DNA from: an uncultured bacterium
GTDB taxonomy: Bacteria > Patescibacteriota > Dojkabacteria > J137
Length of the DNA: 64,000 nucleotides
NCBI GenBank assembly: GCA_963700155.1
Contig: OY969472.1
Span: forward strand, 1,064,690-1,128,689
Direction: 5' to 3'
The translations under genes and the position numbers were made by a program. Under the pieces are notes generated by a model. It saw only the letters and a program-made list of their open reading frames with translations, did no database searches and was not told the DNA's origin. Positions 37,901-48,098 of the stretch are shown here, in pieces; positions within the stretch are counted from its first letter, which is position 1; each line of letters starts with the position of its first letter.

Positions 37901-38098
37901 TGTATTGACTTCATAAAACCGAATAGAACAGGAATCTATAAAATAGAACATTTTGCAATTTCAGATAGTGAGTATCAAGAATTTAAAGAAGAGGTAATTG
38001 ATATTGTCAAAAGAATTAGAAATTTAGAGTTTTCCGGTAGTGAAAAATATCCTTTATGTGGGGAATGTGAATATTGTAAATTTATTTCTCATTCATAA
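34997..38098 (+). CDS. UvrD/PcrA-like SF1 helicase fused to a PD-(D/E)XK nuclease
   Basis: AGPGTGKT, VDEYQD, GDDDQAIY, TAHKSKGLEF, VALTRA; GRLDRID..DYK; ECP plus CGECEYC. Confidence 0.93.
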   Translation: MIDLDFYINNLNLVQKKAVETLQGPVLVIAGPGTGKTQVLALRIANIIKQTDTSPSNILCLTFTESGVSAMRNRLISFIGKEAFYVRIHTFHSFCNEVIQMFPEKFAFARDLIQLDDLNRLKVIQSIIDELDTEKKYQLRPLHDKYFYQNEILKQIQTLKREGISDEQLNKVARDSLSELEQNVELNKRTGKPTSKWNLEVKNYQKLVELSEIYHQYNKNLIESGFYDYEDMILFVNNKFLEDDELLAFYQEKFLYILVDEYQDTNGSQNQLLKTLGNFDESPNIFAVGDDDQAIYRFQGGNVENLLFFEKQFKDTTIIPIDINYRSSQLILDLASSSIKNNKARLVNLIPHLSKNLKAGIKIPNNKTEIYSFSHYENENKFISQKIKELHSSGVNYSDIAIFYRRHNDSNDIVEALLKSDIPIRLAAGKNTLDEIVVQKFINLLKVIYHQDENLNFILFEVLFYEFLGLERIDVFKLVNSSSLNKEPLFNLMLDLEYLKKSHYKQPEKINNLANKIIEWREAASNLTLMQFIEKIADESGYLNSMFDGETDIEAINSINSLFSYIRNINMINKRLTLREFLDDIKLLEKNKLNVEEKELDIKKDGVNLMTAHKSKGLEFKYVFIAKFYDKNWGGNRSRSFIKIPLEKFPLSNVNVIEKVETDFEIEDERRLFFVALTRAKEQIYITYAKIYPSGNTTKEVSPSQFIFELDKDLITNIDTSSEEIEDLEYFKQNLNPSRLASPYTIEEKEYLKSIIKDFKLSATGLKDYIECPLKFKFTHLFKVPKPIQRNAILGSAVHFALENYFRLLKNNEKKDLKFLIDKFDYYVKKQLIGEEDTSLVLTEGNKIISDYYDHYKNEFIPPLEVEYAFKGKNVVFEIPGEDPIIIKGRLDRIDWMEDQNIKQRTNFDIRITDYKVMVPQSQNSIKGGTKSSKGLIFKQLMFYKLLADSDPLFRQNVLSPRYNVSEVCIDFIKPNRTGIYKIEHFAISDSEYQEFKEEVIDIVKRIRNLEFSGSEKYPLCGECEYCKFISHS

Positions 38099-38838
38099 AC
38101 AAATATATATTTTTCTTGAGATACATAGTATTTACTTGTTTTGTCTGGAAGATTAGCATCAAGAGTTTTAACATCCTTTGATTTTTCTAATTTTTGAGAG
38201 ACTTCGTCATAATACTTTAATTGTTCTGAAGGAACATATTGAGAGAAAGCAGTTATAGTTTGTAAAATATTCTTATTATTATCTACCATATCGCAATTAA
38301 TAGGATAAATGTAATCAACTGGTTTTGAATACTTTTCAGATACATCTATATTCTCACCTGGGAAAATATAATCATGAAATAAAGGATCTAATGATATAAC
38401 TGTATATTTTTTAGGTTTTGATTCAAGAATAATTTTATTACGAAGATTTGGATTTCCATCTTTATCAGATGTAACTCCTGATTTAAAAAAACAATAACCT
38501 GAATTATCGTTTAGAGAAATTTCAATTAATTGAGCTGTTCTATTTATACCTTCAACATTAATTGTTCCTAAATCTTTCTTATTTTCATCTATTAAGTTTA
38601 TATCGAAATTACTTGAAGTATTTATAACAATTTTCTTTGAATCAAATGGTTGAATCAAATAATCTGAGCCTTTTAAAGTAAATGTTATTGGAACTTTATA
38701 GAAATTAACAATCGAAATTGTTTTATCTTCAACCTTGAAAATAATAATAAACAATATAGTTAGAATTACAGATATGACTGTTAAACCAATAGCAATTAAT
38801 GAAGTTGAAATTCTGTATTTGCCGATACTTAAATACAT
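38089..38838 (-). CDS. Membrane-anchored hypothetical protein
   Basis: N-terminal TM followed by a soluble domain. Confidence 0.6.
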   Translation of the reverse strand: MYLSIGKYRISTSLIAIGLTVISVILTILFIIIFKVEDKTISIVNFYKVPITFTLKGSDYLIQPFDSKKIVINTSSNFDINLIDENKKDLGTINVEGINRTAQLIEISLNDNSGYCFFKSGVTSDKDGNPNLRNKIILESKPKKYTVISLDPLFHDYIFPGENIDVSEKYSKPVDYIYPINCDMVDNNKNILQTITAFSQYVPSEQLKYYDEVSQKLEKSKDVKTLDANLPDKTSKYYVSQEKYIFVYE

Positions 38839-38921
38839 TTTACGGTTATATATTAACTAATCTTAAACATAATACATCATAAAATTTGAGCTTCAAAGTT
38901 TTAAATAAAATAGGCGAAAAT

Positions 38922-41402
38922 TCATATTCGTTTGAATATGAATTTTCGAAATTCTTCAACTATAATAAATGATAACCCAAATATTAATGAGTAAATCCAT
39001 ATATCTGAACTTACAGGAATTGTTTTTAACAACATATTCATAAAACTATTATAAACAGCAAAAGTTAGAAGTATAGCCTCTATAATAATTGCAATAATTA
39101 CAGGTTTATTTTTAAAAATACCAATCTTAAAAATTGAATTTTTTTCACTTCTGGACATTAATGCTATAAACCATTGAGGAACAGCAAGAAATATAAGTGT
39201 AGCCGTCCTTGCATATTCAATACTATTACTCGATGAAATTAATATAAAGAAAAGGATTCCTAAAACACCCATATAGATCCCATAAAAAAGAACTCTAGAA
39301 ATTAAAAATGGATCAAGAATACTCCCTTTATATCTTTTAGATGAGTTTTTCATTACATCTTTTTCTTCTGGTTCGGTAGCAAGGGTGACATCTAAGAAAC
39401 CATCAGTAACTAGGTTAAGCCAAAGTAATTGTGAACCTAATAATGGAAGTGGCAATCCTAGAAATAATGATGATAAAATTGTTATAACTTCACCAACCGA
39501 GGTGATAAATAAGTATGTTATTACCTTTTTCAAGTTTTCGAAAACAACCCTAGCTTCTTCTAAGCCACTGACTATTGTTGAGAATTTATTATCAAGTAAA
39601 ACCATATCTGCAGATTGTTTTGCAACATCTGTTCCTCCCTGACCCATTGCTATTCCAATATCAGCTTTAACTAATGCTGGTGCATCGTTCACCCCATCAC
39701 CAGTCATTGAGACTACATGATTTTTCTTCAAAAGCATATCAATTAATTTGACTTTATTTGATGGTGTCGCGCTATATATTACTGCAGTATTATCAATATC
39801 AATAGATGATCTTGATTCCTCTGTATCAAGTTCATCACCTTTTATAATCTTTTTATTTTTAGTTAAAATTCCAACTTGAGTTGCAATTGCATTTGCAGTA
39901 TTTTTAAAATCTCCGGTTAACATAATAATATTTATTCCACTTTCTTGACATTCACGTAAAGAATCTTGAACATCTTTTCGTATTGGATCACTAAAAACAA
40001 GAACTCCTTCAAATTTAAGTCCAGTTAAATCTTCATGATTAAAAGTTTTCTTTGTAATATGTTTTGAAGCGATTCCAATCGTTCTAAATCCAGACTCTCC
40101 TAATGATTCAAAATAATCTTTAACTACTTTCTTTTGAGAGTCATTTTTGAAGGCGCACATATTTAATAATATATTTGGTGCGCCTTTTACAATTATTGTA
40201 TTTTTGCCATCAATAGTATTAAGAGTTGCTTGATATTTATATTCACTATCAAATGGAATTTCGTCTATTCTAGGTGATTCATTTCTTGTATTATCTATGT
40301 TTAAGTGATTATTTTGAGCGTACTTAAGAATAGCAATGTCCATTAAATCACCTTGAGCTTCTTTACTAATATAAGCATCATTACATAGAACTGTCATCTT
40401 AAGTAAATCAGCATTATTATCATCAGTTAGGAAGTTATTTTTATAAGTTGTTAATTTACTTTGAATAATATTACCCTCAGTAATTGTTCCTGTCTTATCA
40501 ACACAAATAACATCCGTACTAGCTAATGTTGAAGCAGAAGCGAGGTTTCTTATGACTGCATTCTTTTTACCCATTCTAAATACACCAATTGCTAATGTTA
40601 TTGTAATTACAACAGGTAACCCTTCAGGTATTGCCGATATACCTAATGAGACACTAGAACGAGCTATATCTTCTACTGGATAAAATTCAGCAACTCCTAG
40701 AAAGAACATAAACAGCACTATAGCTATAACAACAAACATTATTTTTTTAGTTAATCCTTTTAAATCTTTTTCCAAAGGAGTTATATCTTTATCTTTTCTT
40801 GAAACAACTTTTGTAATTTGACCTAACTTTGTTGACATCCCGACACTTTCAATTTTAATAATCGCCCTACCTGAAGTTACAAATGTTCCCATAAATACTT
40901 TATTATTCTCTTTATCTTTTATTGCTGGAAATGACTCACCTGTTAATTGTGATTCATCTACCTGAAGGTTTTTAGATGCTAGTATAGTTCCATCTGCAGG
41001 AACACGATCACCGGATTCGAGAGATATAATGTCATTTTTAGTGATTAAACTACTTTCAAGAGTAATAAGATAACCATTTCTAATAACTTTAGATTTAGGA
41101 GAAAGATAACTTTTTAAAGATTCGACTGCATTTTGAGCTTTAAGTTCTTGGAAGTATCCCACAAAGGTGTTTACTACTATTACCAAAAATATAACAACAA
41201 CATCTGTATAGTCTTTTAGGAAAAACATAAGTATCCCGATTATTATTAGAAAAATAATTAAGGGACTTTTAAGTTGATTTAAAATAAGTTCTAAAGTGGT
41301 GATTTTTAATGTATCTTCAATTTTATTTAATCCATATTTCTTGATGTTTTCATTTGCTTGATCGTCAGTAAGTGATACTGAAAAAAAATTCGATATGTCC
41401 AT
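38922..41402 (-). CDS. P-type cation-transporting ATPase (type II, Ca2+-like)
   Basis: TGES, IPEGLP, DKTGT, KGAP, TGDGVNDAPAL, NLVTD. Confidence 0.95.
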   Translation of the reverse strand: MDISNFFSVSLTDDQANENIKKYGLNKIEDTLKITTLELILNQLKSPLIIFLIIIGILMFFLKDYTDVVVIFLVIVVNTFVGYFQELKAQNAVESLKSYLSPKSKVIRNGYLITLESSLITKNDIISLESGDRVPADGTILASKNLQVDESQLTGESFPAIKDKENNKVFMGTFVTSGRAIIKIESVGMSTKLGQITKVVSRKDKDITPLEKDLKGLTKKIMFVVIAIVLFMFFLGVAEFYPVEDIARSSVSLGISAIPEGLPVVITITLAIGVFRMGKKNAVIRNLASASTLASTDVICVDKTGTITEGNIIQSKLTTYKNNFLTDDNNADLLKMTVLCNDAYISKEAQGDLMDIAILKYAQNNHLNIDNTRNESPRIDEIPFDSEYKYQATLNTIDGKNTIIVKGAPNILLNMCAFKNDSQKKVVKDYFESLGESGFRTIGIASKHITKKTFNHEDLTGLKFEGVLVFSDPIRKDVQDSLRECQESGINIIMLTGDFKNTANAIATQVGILTKNKKIIKGDELDTEESRSSIDIDNTAVIYSATPSNKVKLIDMLLKKNHVVSMTGDGVNDAPALVKADIGIAMGQGGTDVAKQSADMVLLDNKFSTIVSGLEEARVVFENLKKVITYLFITSVGEVITILSSLFLGLPLPLLGSQLLWLNLVTDGFLDVTLATEPEEKDVMKNSSKRYKGSILDPFLISRVLFYGIYMGVLGILFFILISSSNSIEYARTATLIFLAVPQWFIALMSRSEKNSIFKIGIFKNKPVIIAIIIEAILLTFAVYNSFMNMLLKTIPVSSDIWIYSLIFGLSFIIVEEFRKFIFKRI

Positions 41403-41464
41403 TAATTCATTTTAAGAAACAAAATATCTTATTATAAAGAATTATCAATAAAGTTATAAGTATA

Positions 41465-42166
41465 TTATTTTATATTGAATATAAGTCTATAAAGTTTTTT
41501 AACTAATTTTTTTACATAACTAGTATGATCAAGAAGTATTACTAAGATACAAAACCATACTATTCCTAAACAGTAACTTGCTAATACATCACTGGTCCAA
41601 TGAACTCCAAGATAAATTCTTGAAATACCAATTAATAAAGTTAGTACAATACCTAAGAAAATTACAAAATACTCAAAATATTTATTTTTTATTGCTCTAG
41701 CTAAGAAATAAAATATAACACCATAAAAGGTTACAGCTATAATAGTATGAGCGCTTGGGAAGCTAAAGTTGTTTTCTATAACTAACGCATAATTAATGGG
41801 TGGTCTGGGTCTTTCAATTATAAACTTAATTATAGTGACAAAAATTATATTAAAAACTAGAGAAATTAATAATACTAATGCATAATATTTATGTCTTTTT
41901 ATAATTAATATTGTTGTGACGAATATTACAACAATAGTAAGTTCTAAAGGATTGCCAAGAGATGTGATTAGTAAGAAAAAAGTGTTAAGCTTTTCGTTTC
42001 TATTAGTATAAATAAAATTTAATATTTGACTATCTAAAATTGTTATTGCTTCTTTTTCGACCACATTATCCAATAGTTTTATAAATACTATTAAGGAAAC
42101 AAATGCTACAAAAAGAAGTATTATTAACCTTTTATTATTCTTTAAATTATTGAAAATTTTATCCAC
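41465..42166 (-). CDS. PAP2 family membrane phosphatase
   Basis: KFIIERPRP, SFPSAH, SRIYLGVHWTSDV; start moved to GTG 42166 to exclude the tRNA. Confidence 0.92.
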   Translation of the reverse strand: MDKIFNNLKNNKRLIILLFVAFVSLIVFIKLLDNVVEKEAITILDSQILNFIYTNRNEKLNTFFLLITSLGNPLELTIVVIFVTTILIIKRHKYYALVLLISLVFNIIFVTIIKFIIERPRPPINYALVIENNFSFPSAHTIIAVTFYGVIFYFLARAIKNKYFEYFVIFLGIVLTLLIGISRIYLGVHWTSDVLASYCLGIVWFCILVILLDHTSYVKKLVKKLYRLIFNIK

Positions 42167-42195
42167 ATTATTTTTTACACCAAAATTGTAAGAAA

Positions 42196-42268
42196 AGCGA
42201 ATGACGAGGCTCGAACTCGCAACCTCTTCCTTGGCAAGGAAGCGTTCTACCAATTGAACTACATTCGC
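42196..42268 (-). tRNA. tRNA-Gly(GCC)
   Basis: Reverse complement GCGAATG...CTTCC-TTGCCAA-GGAAG...TTCGAGC...CATTCGC-T. Confidence 0.96.
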
Positions 42269-42376
42269 TTGAATCTGCCTATAATTATAGCTAAGAGTTA
42301 CTGAATTTCCAATAATGTTTCTTATATTAAATTATTTATGTTTTAGATGTAAAATCCTATATAATTACTATTAATT

Positions 42377-43549
42377 ATGAAAGATTATAAAAAACAACCA
42401 AAAATATTAATTACAGGTGGACATTTGACTCCTGCTATAGCAGTACTTTCAGAGTTAAAAAAGAGAGGTTACCAGAATTTTCTATGGGTTGGGCATAAAT
42501 ACAATCAACTTGGCAATAAACAACTTTCACCCGAATATCAAATTGTAACAATGAACAATATCCCATTTTTAAACTTAAGAACAGGTAAGATAATTAGAAG
42601 TAGAGATTTAAAATCTTTTTTTCAATTAATTAAACAAATATTTTTAATCAAATTCGGTTTAATTAAGTCGTTTTTTATAATATTAAAATACAGACCAAGT
42701 ATAGTACTTTCATTTGGTGGTTATTTGGCTGTTCCAGTCGTTATTAATGCAAAATTATTTAGAACTAAGGTTTTGACTCATGAACAAACAATTGTTGTAG
42801 GTTCAGCTAACAAATTAATCTCAAAATTAGCCGATAAAATTTTAATAAGTTGGGATTCTTCAAGAAAATATTTTAATGCAAAAAAAACAATTTTAACTGG
42901 AAATCCAATAAGGAGAGACATTTTTAAAGTTAAATCTGAAACTTTAACTCAATCATTTAATAATGAATTACCCATCCTTTTAATTTATGGTGGTAATCAA
43001 GGATCTCATGAAATAAATTTTAGGGTTTTTGATATTCTTGAAGAATTTTTAAACGATTTCAATATTATTCACCAGACTGGTAATTCATCTGTTACCAATG
43101 ATTTCACAAAAGCTAAACAATTAAAATTAAGATTAAATACTGTCTTAAAAGATAGATATACTATAAGAGACTATATTCTTCCTAACGAAATTGGTGAAGC
43201 ATTAAATAAAGCTGATATTATACTATGCAGAGCAGGTGCTAATAGTATTTCTGAGATTTTAGCTTTAGGAAAAATGTCTGTCTTAATTCCAATTCCTTGG
43301 GCTTCTCATGATGAACAAACTAAAAATGCTGAATTAGTTGCAAGTACAGGATTAGGATATATTTTAAAACAAAAAGATTCATTGACCTCTCAAACTTTAT
43401 TTCAAACAATATTACTTGCTAATAATCAATTAAAATCTGGTAAAGGATTTAACAATAAATCAATTGATGAATGTAAAGAAATTGCTAAACAATATATTAT
43501 CTTAGATGCACCATCTAAAGTTGCAGATGAACTTGAGAAGTTACTTTGA
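42377..43549 (+). CDS. murG: Lipid II GlcNAc transferase
   Basis: TGGHLTPA, FGGYLAVP, HEQT, TGNPIR, GGNQGS, CRAGA, EQTKNA. Confidence 0.93.
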   Translation: MKDYKKQPKILITGGHLTPAIAVLSELKKRGYQNFLWVGHKYNQLGNKQLSPEYQIVTMNNIPFLNLRTGKIIRSRDLKSFFQLIKQIFLIKFGLIKSFFIILKYRPSIVLSFGGYLAVPVVINAKLFRTKVLTHEQTIVVGSANKLISKLADKILISWDSSRKYFNAKKTILTGNPIRRDIFKVKSETLTQSFNNELPILLIYGGNQGSHEINFRVFDILEEFLNDFNIIHQTGNSSVTNDFTKAKQLKLRLNTVLKDRYTIRDYILPNEIGEALNKADIILCRAGANSISEILALGKMSVLIPIPWASHDEQTKNAELVASTGLGYILKQKDSLTSQTLFQTILLANNQLKSGKGFNNKSIDECKEIAKQYIILDAPSKVADELEKLL

Positions 43550-43592
43550 AGTTAAGATATCTATACCAATCTATTTTTTATATTTTCATAAC

Positions 43593-43841
43593 ATGATTAA
43601 TCATATAAATGCGTTAAAAGTAATTTTAGTTGTAGGGATTTGTGGCATGTTGTTTTCTGGTTATTTAAGTTATCAGGAATTATTTTCTAATGGATGTACT
43701 TTAGGTTGTTCTAGTTTACCAACAAGCAGTTTATTTGGTATTCCAGTATGTGTATTCGGACTTATTATGTATACTATTATTGTTGTAGTTTCAACATTAG
43801 GGTTAATAAGAAAAAATGTAAGTTCTGAAGCAAAAGTATGA
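43593..43841 (+). CDS. Short VKOR-like membrane protein (N-terminal half)
   Basis: FSGYLSY..C...C..SSLFGIPVCVFGLIMY; no C-terminal CxxC. Confidence 0.6.
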   Translation: MINHINALKVILVVGICGMLFSGYLSYQELFSNGCTLGCSSLPTSSLFGIPVCVFGLIMYTIIVVVSTLGLIRKNVSSEAKV

Positions 43842-44410
43842 AAAATAAAATTCGTTGTGGATGGTGTGAATCTTCTGATTTAATGCGGGATTATCATGAT
43901 AATGAATGGGGGACTCCAATTCATAATGATAAAAAACTTTTTGAATTTCTTATTCTTGATGCTTTTCAGGCAGGTTTAAGTTGGTCAACTATACTTAATA
44001 AGCGTAATAATTTTGCTAAAGCTTTTGATAATTTCGATTATAAAAAAGTAGCTAAATATGATGAATATGATTATAAAAGATTAATTAATGATGCTGGAAT
44101 TATCAGAAATCGTTTAAAAATTAGAGCAACTATAAATAACGCTCAAAAATTTTTAGAAATTCAAAAGGGATTTGGAAGTTTTGATAAATATATTTGGTAT
44201 TTTGTAAATTATGAACCTATAAATAACAATTTTAAAGATATGAAACAAATTCCAGCTAAAACTGAGTTATCTGATAAGATGAGTAAAGATTTGTTAAAAA
44301 GAGGATTTAAATTTGTAGGTTCAACAATATGTTACTCTTTTATGCAAGCTGCTGGATTAGTTAATGATCATGTTATAGATTGCTATAGATTTGAAGAAAT
44401 TACTAAATGA
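43838..44410 (+). CDS. tag: DNA-3-methyladenine glycosylase I
   Basis: RCGW, YHDNEWG, FQAGLSW, IIRNRLKI, GFKFVG, NDHVIDC. Confidence 0.96.
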   Translation: MKNKIRCGWCESSDLMRDYHDNEWGTPIHNDKKLFEFLILDAFQAGLSWSTILNKRNNFAKAFDNFDYKKVAKYDEYDYKRLINDAGIIRNRLKIRATINNAQKFLEIQKGFGSFDKYIWYFVNYEPINNNFKDMKQIPAKTELSDKMSKDLLKRGFKFVGSTICYSFMQAAGLVNDHVIDCYRFEEITK

Positions 44411-45696
44411 ATAATATAGAAAATAATTACAACTTAATAGTAATTGGCGGAGGAGCTGCTGGTATTATGGCAGCTATCTCCGCCAAAAGAACTCATAAGG
44501 ATTTTTCTGTTTGTATAATTGATAGAACCTTTGCACTAGGCAGAAAAATCCTTGTCTGTGGTGCTGGTAGGTGCAATATAACAAATATAAACTTAGATTT
44601 GAGCGTTGATAAACATTATTATGGAGCTGAAAGTAATTTTATAAAAAATATTTTTGAACAATTTGGATATAAAGATATTGTAAAGTTTTTTAATGATTTA
44701 GGAATTGAATTATATACAGAACGCAAAACAAATATTGGCAAAATTTTTCCAATAACAGATCAGGCAAAAACAGTAAATGCACTTCTGGAAGATGAATTGC
44801 AGAGGCTTGGAGTTGATATTATTTTAAATACAGAAGTTACTGAAATTAAAAAAGATAGTAATTTTGAAATAATTACTGAAAGTATTAATTATTCAGGATC
44901 GAGGAATCGAGTTAATGAATTTAATACAGAATATTTGATAATTTCAAGTGGTGGTAAAACTTATCCTGCATTAGGTTCAAATGGAAGTATGTATTCAATT
45001 TTGGAAAGACTTGGACATAGGATGGTTGAACCAGTTCCTTCAGCCTTACCTTTGGTTTCTAAAAATAAATTATCGCAAGAATTACAAGGAACAAAGATGG
45101 AACTGGAAGTAACATCAATTATAAATAATATCGATATTAAAACAAGAACGGATGATGTAATGTTCACCCAGTATGGATTTTCAGGACCTGCAATACTTAA
45201 TATAAGTAGAGAGATTTCAATAGAAATTAATAGATTACATAAAAGTGATTGTAAAATTAAATTAAATTTTTTTCCGAAAAAAAATATAGAAGAAGTAAAA
45301 AATTTATTTGAAGCAAGATGGAAGAAACGACCAAATCAAAGCATAGAAAAAAGTTTATATGGTTTGTTCCCAAATAAAGTAGCAACTTCTTTGTTAAAAA
45401 TAATAAAAATCGATAATAATAAAGTAGTTAACTCTTTGACAGAGCATGAAAAATCCAATTTATTCGAAAGTTTAACTTCTTTTATAGTTGAAATTCAAGG
45501 TACAAGAGGTTGGAATGAAGCTGAATTCACAGCAGGTGGTATTGATACATCTGAAGTTAAACATAATACTTTAGAGTCTAAAATTATAAATAACTTATTT
45601 TTTGCAGGTGAAATATTAGATGTTGATGGTGATGTAGGTGGTTTTAATCTCTCTTGGGCGTGGAGTTCAGGGTATGTAGCTGGAAAACTTCATTAA
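44407..45696 (+). CDS. BaiN/HI0933 family flavoprotein
   Basis: GGGAAGIMAA, GAGRCNITN, FTQYGFSGP, GEILDVDGDVGGFNL. Confidence 0.92.
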   Translation: MNNIENNYNLIVIGGGAAGIMAAISAKRTHKDFSVCIIDRTFALGRKILVCGAGRCNITNINLDLSVDKHYYGAESNFIKNIFEQFGYKDIVKFFNDLGIELYTERKTNIGKIFPITDQAKTVNALLEDELQRLGVDIILNTEVTEIKKDSNFEIITESINYSGSRNRVNEFNTEYLIISSGGKTYPALGSNGSMYSILERLGHRMVEPVPSALPLVSKNKLSQELQGTKMELEVTSIINNIDIKTRTDDVMFTQYGFSGPAILNISREISIEINRLHKSDCKIKLNFFPKKNIEEVKNLFEARWKKRPNQSIEKSLYGLFPNKVATSLLKIIKIDNNKVVNSLTEHEKSNLFESLTSFIVEIQGTRGWNEAEFTAGGIDTSEVKHNTLESKIINNLFFAGEILDVDGDVGGFNLSWAWSSGYVAGKLH

Positions 45697-45708
45697 TTAT
45701 TATTTATC

Positions 45709-45743
45709 GGCGCTCAATGTTTAAATTAACATTGAGCGCTTTT
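45709..45743 (+). terminator. Intrinsic terminator between convergent genes
   Basis: GCGCTCAATGTT-TAAATT-AACATTGAGCGC followed by TTTT. Confidence 0.8.
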
Positions 45744-45751
45744 ATAAAAAC

Positions 45752-46069
45752 CTATTTCATTACTTTCCAACTATCAGCCAATACAGTAACTGTTGCTTTT
45801 GGCTCCTTACCTTTTTTAGGTAAATAAGCGTCAACTTCAGGTTTACCATCAACAAGAACTTTATCTCCTTTTTTAATCTCTTTTAATACTTTTTCAGAAG
45901 ATTTACCAAACACTAATACATCGTAGTATGAAACTTCTGACTCTTTTGAAATAGGATTATATTCATTAATCCCAAGAGAAAACTTTGAGAATTTTTTATC
46001 ATTTTTCCCAGTGATTTCTTCAGCATCTCTTGTAGCATGTCCTACTAAATATATATGGTGCATATCCAT
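45752..46069 (-). CDS. Second, short SSB paralog without the acidic tail
   Basis: LVGHATRDAE, FSLGINE, YYDVLVFG, KKGDKVLVDG. Confidence 0.8.
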   Translation of the reverse strand: MDMHHIYLVGHATRDAEEITGKNDKKFSKFSLGINEYNPISKESEVSYYDVLVFGKSSEKVLKEIKKGDKVLVDGKPEVDAYLPKKGKEPKATVTVLADSWKVMK

Positions 46070-46128
46070 AAATAAATAAAATAAAAAATAAGTATGGATA
46101 ATTTTTACAGAATTTTCTTACAAAATAC

Positions 46129-48081
46129 TTACATATTTTGAGTTTGTGGAGGATTTTGTGGTTGTTCTGGAGGTTGTACTGGTTGAGTTACATCTTCAAC
46201 ACTTGGGAGTTCTTTGTTTTCAATATCTAATTGATCACCAGCTGGTGCATTAATTTTATTAGATAAAATTTCATTTGGATTTGTTGTAATTAGATTATGC
46301 TCATTTTCACTGGCTACAACTTGTATTGCAACATGATTAGCACCTGCAAAGAATATTCCTTGGCCAATTCCAGCAGACATTAAGAAAGATTTTTCTCCAT
46401 CTGTAAGATAAAATACTTTTTGAAGTTTATCTATGGCTGCAGGTGATTGTTTTAATAAAATTTGCATTGCTGAGTTATTAACTATCGCTTTACCATAATC
46501 TGAAGTCAAGAAATCATCGACATCTTGAGTTATTGTCGTTAATCCTAATCCATACTTTCTTGCTCTTTTCGCGATTGAGTATACGAATCTAGCAGCATCG
46601 TCATATTGCATCATAATCCAAGCTTCATCTATGATTAACAATCTTTTTCTCTTGTCTCTTTTAATCTTTGTCCAGATATAATCAAGCATGACATACATTG
46701 CCATTGGTCTTAAATCTTCAGTTAAGTCACGAATACTAAATACTGTGAAAGTGTTATGAATGTCAATGTTTGATCTTTTATCAAATACACCAGCTGCAGA
46801 TCCTTTTATATATTTTTCTAATCTTGTTGCCATTGAATGAGCTTCATTTTCTGCCATTGCATTTAGTATTTTATATAAATCTTCTAAAAGCGGAGCTTCA
46901 TTAGTATGTGTAGATGGGTCTGGAGTAATCCCTTTTTCTTTATAAGTTAAAATTAAAGCTCTATCTAAAATTGCACTTTCTTCAGGAGTTATATTTCCTC
47001 CAAGCATCATTCTTATGAGTCCAGCAACTGTTAAAATTTTAAATCTAAGTTCATCTTCATCTTTTTGATATATACCTGATAATTCAAATGGATTTAATTT
47101 TTGAGCACCATCTTGTGAGAATGAAATATATTCACCACCAACAGCATTACATAATCTATCAAATTCTTTTTCAGGATCAATAATTATAATATCAACTCCA
47201 AGCATTAATGATCTAACTGCTTCTAATTTAACTGTATATGATTTTCCTGCTCCAGATGTTGCTAATACAACAGAGTTTGCATTTGGTAAAGAAAATCGAT
47301 CGAATATAACTAAAGAATTATTGTGTAGATTTATCCCATATAAAACACCTTTTTCCATAGTTAATTCTGAACTTACAAATGGAAAAGTAGTTGCTATGGC
47401 AGTTGTATCAAGATTTCTAAGCATATTTATCTTATCTTGACCGTAAGGAATTGTACTTTGAAAACATTCTTCTTGTTGTAGTGTAGCAACTTTAATAATT
47501 ACACCAATTGTTGACATAGTAGATTCTAAATTTTTTCCTACTTTATCCAATTCATCTAAACTATCTGCATGAATTGTAACGTAAAGTGCATATTGGAAAA
47601 ATTTTTCATTACCAGCTGCAAGTTGTTCTTGGAGTGTTAAAGCATCTTGAAGTTGTTGTTTGGTTACAGGATCTCCTTGTTGGCCAGATTCAACTTGAAT
47701 ATTTATAGTTGCTTGCATCTCGGCAATTTTTCTTTTAAGTACTTTTAATATTTCACCAGTATCATGTGGATAATAAAAAGTACTTATATCAACTGGATAT
47801 TCAAAATTGATTAATGGTTCAAGCCAGTTTGGGACAACTACACTTGGGAAACCTATTGCAAAATACGATCTGAAATATCTATTCCCAATTATCAAGTTAT
47901 TAAAATTAACTTCAATTGCTGAAGGAGCAATAATATCTTTAACATCAACCATCCCTTGTACAAATTTTTGTACAGCAGTTTGCTCTTTAGTTAGAGCTTC
48001 AGCTTCTTGTTGAGAAACTGGGTCATCGTTTTTCTTTTTAGTTCCTCCTGTTAAATTTTTAACAAAGTCAAGTAATGCCAT
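46129..48081 (-). CDS. VirB4/TraC-like secretion ATPase
   Basis: ATSGAGKS, IIDPEKEF, LNPFEL, IIDEAW, RARKYG, ITQD. Confidence 0.92.
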   Translation of the reverse strand: MALLDFVKNLTGGTKKKNDDPVSQQEAEALTKEQTAVQKFVQGMVDVKDIIAPSAIEVNFNNLIIGNRYFRSYFAIGFPSVVVPNWLEPLINFEYPVDISTFYYPHDTGEILKVLKRKIAEMQATINIQVESGQQGDPVTKQQLQDALTLQEQLAAGNEKFFQYALYVTIHADSLDELDKVGKNLESTMSTIGVIIKVATLQQEECFQSTIPYGQDKINMLRNLDTTAIATTFPFVSSELTMEKGVLYGINLHNNSLVIFDRFSLPNANSVVLATSGAGKSYTVKLEAVRSLMLGVDIIIIDPEKEFDRLCNAVGGEYISFSQDGAQKLNPFELSGIYQKDEDELRFKILTVAGLIRMMLGGNITPEESAILDRALILTYKEKGITPDPSTHTNEAPLLEDLYKILNAMAENEAHSMATRLEKYIKGSAAGVFDKRSNIDIHNTFTVFSIRDLTEDLRPMAMYVMLDYIWTKIKRDKRKRLLIIDEAWIMMQYDDAARFVYSIAKRARKYGLGLTTITQDVDDFLTSDYGKAIVNNSAMQILLKQSPAAIDKLQKVFYLTDGEKSFLMSAGIGQGIFFAGANHVAIQVVASENEHNLITTNPNEILSNKINAPAGDQLDIENKELPSVEDVTQPVQPPEQPQNPPQTQNM

Positions 48082-48098
48082 TTTATATTTTTATAAAA

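Noticed and set aside
34997-38098. Helicase-nuclease fusion as a novel defence system
   Set aside because: The architecture fits known AddA/AdnB-like repair helicase-nucleases and there is no defence-island context
42167-42253. N-terminal extension of the PAP2 ORF
   Set aside because: It is mostly the tRNA-Gly(GCC) sequence read as protein
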